A DNA stretch of 52,367 nt from Desulfobacterales bacterium CG2_30_60_27 (GCA_001873115.1 MNYK01000002.1:1-52367); one strand, 5' to 3'. Counted from the first letter of the stretch, positions 26,151-35,409 are shown. Numbers and translations: made by a program. Notes: generated from the sequence alone by a model not told the origin.

Positions 26151-28028
26151 ATGGCAACAGCTAAAAACCCTATTGATGAAAAATCGATTTGGGATGATGC
26201 CCGCCAGATGCTGCGCAAGGCGGAACGAGACGGGGTTGAGACCGCTTGGGACCGCTTGGAGCATCAGACTCCTCACTGTACATTCTGTGAAAGCGGCCTT
26301 TCCTGCCGAAACTGTACCATGGGGCCGTGTCGGATCAGCAAAAAAGCCCCCTTGGGGGTCTGCGGTGCCGATGCCGATGTGATCGTTGCCCGCAACTTTG
26401 GCCGCTTTGTGGCCGGAGGCGCTGCCGGCCATTCCGACCATGGCCGTGACTGTATTGAGGCCCTGTATAACGTGGCCCACGGACTCACCAAGGATTACAC
26501 TATTAAGGATGAGACCAAACTGCTCCGCATTGCCAATGAGTTGGGGATTGCCACCAAAGGGCGGCCAATCCTTGATATTGCCAAGGATTTAAGCGCTGAA
26601 TTTTATTCAAACTTTGGCAGCCTGCGCAAGGAGCTCTCTTTTGCCTGCCGGGTTCCGGAAAAACGAAAGCAAATTTGGCGCAATCTTGGCATCACCCCCC
26701 GTGGTGTTGATCGTGAGATTGCCGAAATGATGCACCGCACTCATATGGGTTGTGACAACGATGCCGCCAACACCATGCTGCACAGTGCCCGCACATGTCT
26801 GGCCGATGGCTGGGCTGGATCGATGATCGCTACCGAGATCTCTGATATTCTGTTCGGTACGCCAAGCCCCAGAAAATCTAAGGTGAACCTCGGCGTTATC
26901 AAAGAGGATCAGGTTAATATCCTGGTGCATGGCCATAACCCCATTGTTTCCGAGAAAATTGTCGAGGCGGTCAATGACCCGGAACTCATCGCCCTGGCCA
27001 AGGCAAAAGGGGCTGCCGGCATCAACCTGGCAGGGCTTTGCTGTACAGGCAATGAGTTGATGATGCGCCGAGGCATTCCCATGGCCGGCAACCACCTGAT
27101 GACCGAGTTGGCCATTGTCACCGGCGCTGTTGAGCTCATCGTCGTAGATTATCAGTGCATCATGCCCAGCCTGGTCACGGTTGGCAATTGTTACCACACC
27201 AAGATGGTCACCACCGCCGACAAGGCAAAATTTCGCGGGGCCGAACATGTAAAATTTGAGATGCACAACGGTATGGCACAGGCGCGCAAGGTGGTGCGCA
27301 TGGCCATTGAGCGCTTTCCTTTACGCAACAAAGATCGGGTTGAAATCCCACAGGGGCCGATTGAACTGGTTACCGGATTTTCTAATGAGGTCCTCCTGGC
27401 CGCACTGGGCGGTACCTTGACGCCACTTGTTGACGCGATTAAGGCGGGGAAAGTTAGAGGAGCGGTTGGCATCGTCGGCTGCAACAATCCCAAGTACAAA
27501 CAGGATTACTGCAATGTCAACCTGGCCAAGGAGCTTATCAAGAAAGATATCCTGGTGCTGGTAACCGGGTGCGTTACCACCGCCACCGGCAAGGCAGGGC
27601 TTTTGATGCCGGAAGCCATAGCAATGGCGGGACCGGGCCTCAAGGAAGTTTGTGGTTCCTTAGGTATTCCGCCGGTATTGCATATGGGCAGTTGTGTTGA
27701 CAATGCGCGCATCCTGCAACTTGCCGCGCTCCTTGCCAATGAACTTGGTGTGGATATTTCTGACCTGCCGCTGGCCGGGTCATCGCCGGAATGGTATTCG
27801 GAAAAAGCTGCCGCCATTGGCACTTACTGTGTTGCCTCCGGCAGTTACACCCACCTCGGTCATCCTCCCAACATTACCGGCTCTGGAGTGGTAACCAACC
27901 TGGCCCTTGAAGGACTCGATAATCTTCTCGGCGCCTGCTTCGGCATTGAACCGGATCCCTTTAAGGCTGCCGAACTCATTGATAAGCGGATCAGACAAAA
28001 ACGCAAGGCCTTGGGGCTTTCTGAATAA
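26151..28028 (+). CDS. cooS: anaerobic Ni,Fe carbon-monoxide dehydrogenase catalytic subunit
   Basis: 625 aa. N-terminal Cys pattern CTFCESGLSCRNCTMGPCRI..GVCGA, then ..HGHNP.. and ..GSCVDN. GGAGGA RBS. Confidence 0.9.
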   Translation: MATAKNPIDEKSIWDDARQMLRKAERDGVETAWDRLEHQTPHCTFCESGLSCRNCTMGPCRISKKAPLGVCGADADVIVARNFGRFVAGGAAGHSDHGRDCIEALYNVAHGLTKDYTIKDETKLLRIANELGIATKGRPILDIAKDLSAEFYSNFGSLRKELSFACRVPEKRKQIWRNLGITPRGVDREIAEMMHRTHMGCDNDAANTMLHSARTCLADGWAGSMIATEISDILFGTPSPRKSKVNLGVIKEDQVNILVHGHNPIVSEKIVEAVNDPELIALAKAKGAAGINLAGLCCTGNELMMRRGIPMAGNHLMTELAIVTGAVELIVVDYQCIMPSLVTVGNCYHTKMVTTADKAKFRGAEHVKFEMHNGMAQARKVVRMAIERFPLRNKDRVEIPQGPIELVTGFSNEVLLAALGGTLTPLVDAIKAGKVRGAVGIVGCNNPKYKQDYCNVNLAKELIKKDILVLVTGCVTTATGKAGLLMPEAIAMAGPGLKEVCGSLGIPPVLHMGSCVDNARILQLAALLANELGVDISDLPLAGSSPEWYSEKAAAIGTYCVASGSYTHLGHPPNITGSGVVTNLALEGLDNLLGACFGIEPDPFKAAELIDKRIRQKRKALGLSE

Positions 28029-28546
28029 TCCAAGTGTCCCGTCAATAAGTGAAAGGCGCTGGAAAAGATGAGAGATTTGTTTTTTAAAAAATCAAACGGC
28101 AAAAATCGCCGGATCAGGCGCTTGAGTGGGCGGCGGGAATCGGGCAATGGTGCTGCGCGGCAATGCCATTGCTCAGCCCTGCCACGTAGTTTGGTGGTTG
28201 AGCTCCTTATTCTAATTCGGGGGTGTACGCCGGAACCCCAGAAAATTCTGACCCGATACCCCCCCTGAAGGAATTACAGGATGTCAAAGGTATGGTATTG
28301 ACGCCGGAAATCTTACGGGCACTAAGCCCATATCGTCAACATCCGAGTAGATTCGGTATGTATGAATTGCGGGATCGCGAAACGGAACCGATAGAATACG
28401 AAGTGCTGCTTGATCTGACGCAACATAAGGAGCCCAGGGGACAGTGGCACAGTGTATAGAGGCCTATTGCCCATTTTCGCACGAATCCTTGCGGTCACCC
28501 AACAACATCCAGAAATCCTTCGACGTATTGTATGTATGTTGTGCCC

Positions 28547-28737
28547 TCACGATGATCCTTTTTCCGCATCCAGCACCTTGCGCACCAAAAGGCCCAGTTC
28601 CCGCACCGAAAGGGGTTTCATCAGGTACCCCCGGATACCCAAAGCCTGGGCCTGCTACTTGTTGATCAACTCGCTGAAGCCGGTGCAGAGGATGACAGGC
28701 AGATCCGGCCGGATGGCCATTGCCTTTTGGGGCTAAT
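28547..28737 (-). pseudogene. remnant of a response-regulator receiver domain (C-terminal half) with an in-frame TAG
   Basis: The minus strand translates AMAIRPDLPVILCTGFSELINK*QAQALGIRGYLMKPLSVRELGLLVRKVLDAEKGSS*. There is no N-terminal half, and the fragment abuts the TIR element at 28738. Confidence 0.65.
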
Positions 28738-29056
28738 GAGAACATAGGTGCATTTTCACGCAACAGAACTTCCGTTTCTGTTTTGGCACCGGAAGTTATC
28801 CGGAATAACTTGTTAGCATAAGCAATTAATCGTGATGGCACCAAAAAAAATGAACCGAAACTACAAGATTATGGGCGAAAATCACGAGAAACAGAACTCA
28901 AAAACCTCAACCCAGAAGAAGAGCCAGACGCTTTTTAGAAGTCGAATTTAAAGAAAATGGCCTTTCCTGACCCGCAGTTGCCGGAAATGGTAATATATTC
29001 CAGTGCTAACTTATAAATAGGGAACTTCTATTGCGTAAAAACGCAACTATGTTCTC
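28738..29056. mobile_element. MITE-like non-coding element with roughly 36-bp terminal inverted repeats
   Basis: Left TIR GAGAACATAGGTGCATTTTCACGCAACAGAACTTCC (28738-28773). Right TIR 29021-29056 is its reverse complement at 31 of 36 positions by my count. The interior is about 247 bp, AT-richer, and has no ORF. Confidence 0.55.
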
Positions 29057-29211
29057 GTTGACCCTTCTATACGGTTCTTGTCCATCGGCCCGCTGCTTCG
29101 CTCCACGCTTCCTTCCCACGGTCGTTCACCCTGCCGCAGTTGCGCTTCGCTTCGTTCGCTGTGATCAATTTACGGTGGGACTTGCACCCAGAAGTTTGCG
29201 CCCATGCTGGG

Positions 29212-29250
29212 CGCAAACAATAAAGGCCGCCGCTTTGGAGCGGCAGCCTT
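29212..29250 (-). terminator. intrinsic terminator after the rhodanese/cytochrome operon
   Basis: Minus strand AAGGCTGCCGCT-CCAA-AGCGGCGGCCTT followed by TATTGTTT. A second perfect 10-bp hairpin lies at 29194-29218. Confidence 0.65.
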
Positions 29251-29277
29251 GGATACTTCTCTTGCGCGGCGTGGGGA

Positions 29278-30225
29278 TCAGTGGGTCATGTAGCCCCAGG
29301 CGTATCTTTCCATGGAAACATCCTTGTCGTCAGCCGCCTCAAGGATGGAGCCGTCAAAGATTTTAACGTTGGTATAGCCTAGCAGATCGTGCAGGACAAA
29401 ATAACCTAACGAGGCCTGTAGGCCATGATTGCTGTAAGTGATGATCTCAACATTTTTGTCAGCCGGGATGCCGACTCCCGCCGCCATTTGTGTAAGGGTT
29501 TCGGTGTTTTTCATAAAAGCGGGCGAAAGGCTGACACCCGCATCAGACATATAGCTGGCCGGCCAGATCCGCGCTTTGAGGAGATGGCCGTAGCGCTTGA
29601 TATGGCTCTTTTTTTCGTGGCCGAAAAATTCCGTCGCTGACCGGTTGTCGAGCAGGACCGACTTGCCTGCTTTGATCTTCGCCTTTACTTCTTCCAGGGA
29701 GATTAATTTAGCCGCCACCATTTTGGCGGTAAAATTGCCGCGCCCTGGGGTTTTGGCCTCTTTGGAGACAGGTTTTTCCTCCTGTTCCCAGGCGGCGAAT
29801 CCGCCGTTCAGGATGGAGACCTTGTCGTGTCCCAGGGTATGGAGGGTCCAGAGGGCCCTGGCGCTCTTGCAGGTGTCTGTGGCGGTAACCCCCTCATCAT
29901 AGAGAATGATCTGCGAGTCGTTGTTGACGCCGTAGCTGCGAAGCATCGCCTCCAGGACGTCGGGTTTGGGCATCATGAAGCCGACAAACTTTTCGTTCAT
30001 GGTCTGCCAGGGGCCAAAGGCCTTTACTGCCCCTGGGATATGGTTCTTGTTGTAGTGGGTGAAGGCACCAACATCGAGAATCACGATGCCGGGCGTGTTG
30101 AGGTTTTTTGCCAGCCAGTCGCTGCTGACCAGCGGCGGGGTGTCCGCCAGGGCCGATATTGATGAACCGACCAGTATCGTCACGGCGGCCAGCATAACCG
30201 CCAGTTTAGTCTTCCAGGTGTTCAT
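29278..30225 (-). CDS. exported tandem-rhodanese-domain protein with Ser where the paralogue has its putative active-site Cys
   Basis: Signal peptide MNTWKTKLAVMLAAVTILVGSSISALA and two rhodanese-like halves. The C-terminal loop reads IITYSNHGLQAS, where the paralogue upstream has IIVYCNSSQFAG. Confidence 0.75.
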   Translation of the reverse strand: MNTWKTKLAVMLAAVTILVGSSISALADTPPLVSSDWLAKNLNTPGIVILDVGAFTHYNKNHIPGAVKAFGPWQTMNEKFVGFMMPKPDVLEAMLRSYGVNNDSQIILYDEGVTATDTCKSARALWTLHTLGHDKVSILNGGFAAWEQEEKPVSKEAKTPGRGNFTAKMVAAKLISLEEVKAKIKAGKSVLLDNRSATEFFGHEKKSHIKRYGHLLKARIWPASYMSDAGVSLSPAFMKNTETLTQMAAGVGIPADKNVEIITYSNHGLQASLGYFVLHDLLGYTNVKIFDGSILEAADDKDVSMERYAWGYMTH

Positions 30226-30255
30226 TAGGAATCCTCCAACATCTTGAAATTATGA

Positions 30256-31206
30256 TTACTTGGTTATAAATCCCCATGAATAAACGGCAATGGGAAGATT
30301 CTCGTTCGCGGCATACTCAATCATCGAGCCATCAAAGACGCTCACATTTTTGTAGCCTAACCTTTCGTGGAGAACGAAAAAGCCCATTCCCGCAAACTGG
30401 GAGGAATTACAGTAGACGATGATGCGGGTGTTTTTGTCCGTCGGCAGGCCGACGCCCTTGGCCATGGTCGTCAGGTCTTCCTTGCTTTTGATCACGGCCG
30501 GGGCGCGATTAATACCGGCGTTGGTCATGTAGTCGGCTGGCCAGGTGAGTGAACCAGGGATATGGCCGAACCGTTTGACCTCGCCACTCTTCGCAAAGCC
30601 GAAGTGCTGGTCGCTGTTCCTCACATCCAGAAAGGTCGTCCCGCCTTTTTTGAGGCTGGCGCTAATATCCTGGAGGGTGGTTAGCTTGGAAGAGTCCAGC
30701 TTGGCGATGAAATTGCCCGGTTGCGGGGTTGGTTTTTTGTTGTCGATTGTCCGCCCTTCGAAGGTCCATTTGGTGAAGCCGCCATCAAGGTAGGAGATAT
30801 TTTTGTGGCCCATGGCGTTCATGATCCAATAAGCCGACGCCCCTTGGCTGGCGTCACTGACAGTATTGCCGTGGTCGTAGATGATTACGTGGGAGTCATT
30901 GTTGATTCCCAACTTCTGAAAATAGTCGGTGATGACCTCCGCGGTGGGCACCAGATGACATCCTGTCTCATCGTTTTTCGGGTCCCAACTATCGTAGGGC
31001 AGATTAACAGCGCCGGGAATGTGCCCTACGCCGTAATTGTCGGCGGTTCTGACGTCAAGGATGACAAGCCCCTTGGCGCTTAGATTTTTGGTTAGCCATT
31101 CCGTGCTTGCCAGCGCGTCGGCTGCCGCGGGCGTCGGCGCGGTCGCAAAACCGGCCAGCAGCGCCAACAGCATGTATATGATATAGTGCAACGGTCTCCT
31201 GTTCAT
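30256..31206 (-). CDS. exported tandem-rhodanese-domain sulfurtransferase
   Basis: ATG 31206 with AAGGAG upstream. Signal peptide MNRRPLHYIIYMLLALLAGFATAPTPAAA. A Cys is present in the C-terminal-domain loop (VYCNSSQFAG). Confidence 0.75.
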   Translation of the reverse strand: MNRRPLHYIIYMLLALLAGFATAPTPAAADALASTEWLTKNLSAKGLVILDVRTADNYGVGHIPGAVNLPYDSWDPKNDETGCHLVPTAEVITDYFQKLGINNDSHVIIYDHGNTVSDASQGASAYWIMNAMGHKNISYLDGGFTKWTFEGRTIDNKKPTPQPGNFIAKLDSSKLTTLQDISASLKKGGTTFLDVRNSDQHFGFAKSGEVKRFGHIPGSLTWPADYMTNAGINRAPAVIKSKEDLTTMAKGVGLPTDKNTRIIVYCNSSQFAGMGFFVLHERLGYKNVSVFDGSMIEYAANENLPIAVYSWGFITK

Positions 31207-31263
31207 GCAAGTACTCCTTTTTGTTCCGAATTGGCTCTCAATGTCCTTGTCCGTGCAGATCAC

Positions 31264-32622
31264 TTACTTTTTGATCTTGCCGGGTATCTTGTCAAAGATG
31301 ATCTTTTGGTTGGCCTTGGGATCTTCCGGCACCAGATCATCCTTGGTCAGGAAGAGTTCCTTGTGGCCGTGGCAGGCATTACAGGAACTGTTCTGCTTGG
31401 TGTGGCGTTGGATGTTGTGAACCGAAGCGGAGTTCCAGGTCGGCAATGCGTCGTAGTTGGAAATGAGATCTTCGGGGCCGGGCTTGCCCGTCAACACATC
31501 TTGGAAGGACCGGAGCGATGCCAAAGAGTCCTTCTTCATTGGACTATGCCGTACCAGGTTGTACTTGTAGGGGTTGTTGGGAGTTATATCGATATTCTTG
31601 CCGATTTTGAAGGTGAAAAGCGGATCGGAAGGGAAGATAACTTTGATCTTGCCTGCTTCCTTGATGTCCAACGATACATGGCAATTGGTGCAGTTGAAAT
31701 ACTCGTTGGCATGGCATACCGCACAACCCAAAGTCCCTTCTGGATGGGCCTTGTGCATGGCGGTTTTGGAGCTGCCGGCCTTGCTGTCGGGATGACATCC
31801 CTCGCAACGAGAGGTTTCCGTGTCGTAGTAACGTTTGCTGGTTTCGGGCTTGGTGTTATGCAGTTGATCCCCCTTGTGGCAATCCACGCAGACCATCTGC
31901 ACCTTCTCGTAATGTACGTCGGCGGTTTTGCCGAGCAGACCCATATACTCGCCCGCGAAACGGGAGCCGTGGCAGGCGTAACAGGTCTTTTCCATGGGGG
32001 GAGTCTTCTGAAAGAGATGGCGGTCCAAAAGTCCGCCCTTGGCGACCTCCGGCCAGGCAACGTGGCAGCTGCCGCAAGAGGTGTGGCATTCAGCACAGTC
32101 GAGTTTCCAGGCGGCCGGCAGCAAGGTCTCTTCCATCTTGTGCGGCTGGCTGATGGTGCCGGTGATGTCGGCGATCCCTTTCAGGGTGTAGTGCATGGAA
32201 TTTTTGAAGGTCGAGGAGATATCATCGTGGCAATCCTTGCAGACGCCGCCACCACCTTCATCGGAAGGATCTTTGATGAGATCCTTGTGGGCCTTTTCCT
32301 CGTTAAAAACGTTTGTGCCTTTGTGGCAAGTGATGCAGCCAATTTTGCCATGGTTCGATTCGACAAATTCCATGGCAACGCCGAAGGTGTCCCGGCCCCT
32401 CACCTGAGGGGCGGTAACGCCTCAACCGGCGATACCGGCGGACGCGCTGGCCGCCGCGGCACCGAATTCGTCCATTTTCCCAAGGTCAGTGTGACACCTG
32501 ATGCACGCACTGCTGGGGTTTGCCTCTTCCTCGGCGGCAAGCGTTCCAGCAACGCCGAACGTACACGCCAACCCTAGCATGGTGGCACTCGCCACGGTGA
32601 GCCTTTTTTTGCCCATCCTCAT
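31264..32622 (-). CDS. periplasmic multihaem cytochrome c (11 CXXCH) requiring read-through of an in-frame UGA at 32424-32422; candidate selenoprotein
   Basis: Two same-frame ORFs (32622-32425 and 32403-31264) are separated only by TGA plus 6 sense codons. The upstream piece has the signal peptide and CIRCH. The downstream piece has 10 CXXCH and no signal peptide. AAGGAGA RBS before ATG 32622. Confidence 0.65.
32395..32412 (-). promoter_or_regulatory. candidate bacterial SECIS hairpin
   Basis: GCCCCUC-AGGU-GAGGGGC is a perfect 7-bp stem starting 9 nt after the UGA. A further 2 bp are possible across a one-nt bulge. Confidence 0.5.
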
Positions 32623-33268
32623 TGTGCTTTCTCCTTCTGCGTAAGAATTTATATGGATCCTTTGAGGTCAAAAGTATTAGCAGTGGCGGTTGGCGCAGCA
32701 CGATAACTGGGTAACAGCGCATGATGTCGCCTAGCAGAGATCTCAGACTCTAACAATTCAGTAGGCTTGGTTGTTATCACACTTTGGCCCATTTACATAT
32801 ATGGCAAATTGTCGCAGCTACGCTAGAACAGCGGTTTGGCCCTGAGATGATGTCGGCTTGAGCAACGGGTTCTACGGAGAGTCATTCAAACCGAGGGCTG
32901 GCAAGCTTGATCGGTCCAAACACATTGGTGGTAGTCGACGACGCACCGTTCGAGGCGACCTTCATCCACTCAGGGAATAGAATCAGCTTTGTCACCCAGC
33001 CGGAAGTATCTGGTAAAGGCAAGTATATCGTAGATTATGCGCGGACGATTGGACTAAAACTAGTATTCACATGATACCAGGCGGATTGGATCGGCTTCTG
33101 ATGAGCAGAGAGTGGCTGACTGAGCACGCTAGGCATGGATTCGAGCATGATGTTGCCGAGCATAGATAATCATCGCCAGCGGGAGGTGCGACACGGGAAG
33201 GATTCGTCCGAAAATGCCCATCAGAAAATCGAGCAACTATAGGGTTCTTTTGCTAATCTTTAACGACC

Positions 33269-33793
33269 ATGACCACTGTGCCTGGCACCGAGGTTTACCA
33301 GCTTCACGTCTGGATTCGCCAAATCAGCCCAATGATTTGGCGAAGGCTCCTTGTGCGTAGCGACAGCACGATCGCAGATTTGCACTACACGATACAGATC
33401 GCCTTAGGCTGGTCGGATGCGCATTTCAATCTGTTTCACATTCACGGCCAGGACTATGGCGTCTACCACGACGGCGGCATCAGCTTCTCACACAAGCCCG
33501 ATCGTGTCAAGCTGAGCGATTTCAAGTTCCGTACCAACGAGCGATTTCGTTATGAATACGACTTCGGCGACCGCTGGCAACATGAAGTGCGTGTTGAGCA
33601 CGCCTGGCGCCGGAAGCCAAACGCGCCTATCCCCGCTGCATTGGCGGCCAACGGGGTGCACCACCGGAAGACTGTGGTGGCCCCTTTGCATTCATGGCGC
33701 GACGGGATGAAATTCCTCTGCAACCCTATGACTTGCTTGAGGAATTTCAGGACCGTCTTGAAAACAACGATGAGGAAGGTATTAAGGTATTAA
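33269..33793 (+). pseudogene. pRiA4b ORF-3-like (IS-passenger type) protein gene, frameshifted and IS-interrupted at its 3' end
   Basis: YQLHVWIRQISPMIWRRLLV..YEYDFGDRWQHEVRVE is the family core. The conserved continuation LAPEAKRAYPRCIGGQRGAPPEDCGGPFAF is present but in another frame from about 33604. The IS left end lies at 33790. Confidence 0.7.
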
Positions 33794-35332
33794 CTCAACT
33801 TTCTGACTTGATTTAACTCGCTAGTATTCCGTAATTTTTATTATGCAAAGAGCGCATTGTTTCCAGGAGCTCTACTGCTGCCCCCATCATTGCATCAATC
33901 ATCTTACTGATGACATCCGCAGCCAATTCTCCTGTGCTACGGATTTTTTCAATGACAAGGGCCATCAGTCGCTGCAACGCCTCGACCAAGCTCAAATCCT
34001 TCACCTCGGCACAACAGGCATGAAAAAGACTGCCAACCGTCCTCTGGTCGGTATGCAGCCGTTGCCTAAACGCGAGGAACATATAGCGGGTCATGACCAC
34101 GGTCGCATGGCCGATCAGGCCGTCATAGTCCCGCAACTGGGCTTCCTTTTCCAGCTTCAGGTGCTGCTTGAGCATCTTGAAGCACACCTCGACATCCCAT
34201 CTCTTGCCGTAGATCCGGATGATTTCATCGTCAGCCAATTCCAGGTCGGTGGCAAGCACGGCCAGCCAGTCCCTCTTGTGGCGGTGGCGCACAAACACGA
34301 TTTTTACCCGCTGCCCCTGCTTGGTCTCCACCACGACACTGGCCAGAATCCTTGCCAGGCCAGAACGTTTTTTCAGCCGACCGTACAACCTCCCCAGCGT
34401 ATACCATTGCCCCTCATGTTTGTAGAAGACCTTGGGCATGTCCTTCAGCATGCAGATCACCGGGCGGTACGCAGACAACGTCGCGATGATTGCGGGAAAG
34501 GAGAACCAACTGTCCATCAGGATATAGTCGGCGTCTATCCCTGCTGCCAATACCCGCTTGAGCATTACGGCCAGAGGAGCGGTCGACTTGCGGATAGCCT
34601 CCATGCGCCGCGCATGTCCACAGGTCCGCTTGTCGACAGGCTTCCGCGCTTCCTGAATCCTCGACTTCGTATTGGCCGAGGAGCCCAGGACAAAGTCCAG
34701 GGGGATAAAACTATAGCCGTCCGACCAGCCTATGGTGAGCATGTTGAACCCCCGGAGGGACTTGCCCAATGTATGATCGAAGACCCAGGCGAGCAGCTCA
34801 ACCTTTTTCGAACGGGACCGGTCGTAAGTGCTGCTGTCAAAGATCAAAACCTTTTCCCGCTCACCGTCGGTGAGCAGAGAAAAGACGGTCGCAATTTTCA
34901 CGGCCAGGCCCAGCATGAGCTTACGCCAGTTATGCCGGGGATTGCGCAGCAGGTTATAGGCCGCATCCTTGCCAAACCCCAGAGCCTGATTTTTGGCGAT
35001 GCCGCGGAAGAAATTGTTCCCCTCAAAGGGCAACTTGAAAATCGCGCCGAACACTTTCAGCGGCGCTGCCCCTCGCAATTTGTGAATACCGGCGGCATTG
35101 AGCAAGTGGCCAAGCTGGAAGTCACTGAAAAACGAATCAATGGTATTCCCCAGGCGAATTGCCTCTTGCTGCTCAGCAAGTTTATGTATATACTCCATCA
35201 GTCCTTTCTCCTTGTTTTTATTATGTTTTTGCCAAACACAATATACCAGGGACGAAAGGACTTTTCTATTAAAAAATCAACTATTTCAAGCTGTTAGCAT
35301 GCGTTGTCCCGCAAGTCAGAAAGTTGAGTTAA
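33790..35332 (-). mobile_element. insertion sequence, IS4 superfamily (IS701-like), about 1.54 kb
   Basis: Perfect 21-bp terminal inverted repeats TTAACTCAACTTTCTGACTTG (33790-33810) and CAAGTCAGAAAGTTGAGTTAA (35312-35332). The outer TTAA may be a 4-bp target duplication. A single DDE transposase ORF lies inside. Confidence 0.85.
33813..35198 (-). CDS. DDE transposase, IS4-type
   Basis: 461 aa with the Y-x2-R-x3-E-x6-K signature in YGKRWDVEVCFKMLK. It fills the space between the TIRs. Confidence 0.85.
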   Translation of the reverse strand: MEYIHKLAEQQEAIRLGNTIDSFFSDFQLGHLLNAAGIHKLRGAAPLKVFGAIFKLPFEGNNFFRGIAKNQALGFGKDAAYNLLRNPRHNWRKLMLGLAVKIATVFSLLTDGEREKVLIFDSSTYDRSRSKKVELLAWVFDHTLGKSLRGFNMLTIGWSDGYSFIPLDFVLGSSANTKSRIQEARKPVDKRTCGHARRMEAIRKSTAPLAVMLKRVLAAGIDADYILMDSWFSFPAIIATLSAYRPVICMLKDMPKVFYKHEGQWYTLGRLYGRLKKRSGLARILASVVVETKQGQRVKIVFVRHRHKRDWLAVLATDLELADDEIIRIYGKRWDVEVCFKMLKQHLKLEKEAQLRDYDGLIGHATVVMTRYMFLAFRQRLHTDQRTVGSLFHACCAEVKDLSLVEALQRLMALVIEKIRSTGELAADVISKMIDAMMGAAVELLETMRSLHNKNYGILAS

Positions 35333-35409
35333 TAACCAAAAAATAGAAACGACTCGTATTGTCAACTGTTTTTATTAACACTATTTTTTAACACGAGACA
35401 TTTTTCCCG

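Noticed and set aside
28223-28459. 78-aa ORF in the decayed spacer after cooS.
   Set aside because: No RBS and no recognisable family. It lies in a region otherwise made of remnants. It may be a fragment, but I cannot support a call.
29060-29200. A tRNA 3' fragment (TGGG-TGCAAGT-CCCA T-arm-like, minus strand) and a continuation of the receiver-domain pseudogene beyond the TIR element.
   Set aside because: The T-arm-like stem is only 4 bp with an imperfect loop, and the adjacent 10-bp hairpin is too long for an anticodon arm. No frame on the minus strand encodes a receiver N-terminus (no DD...D/K pattern).
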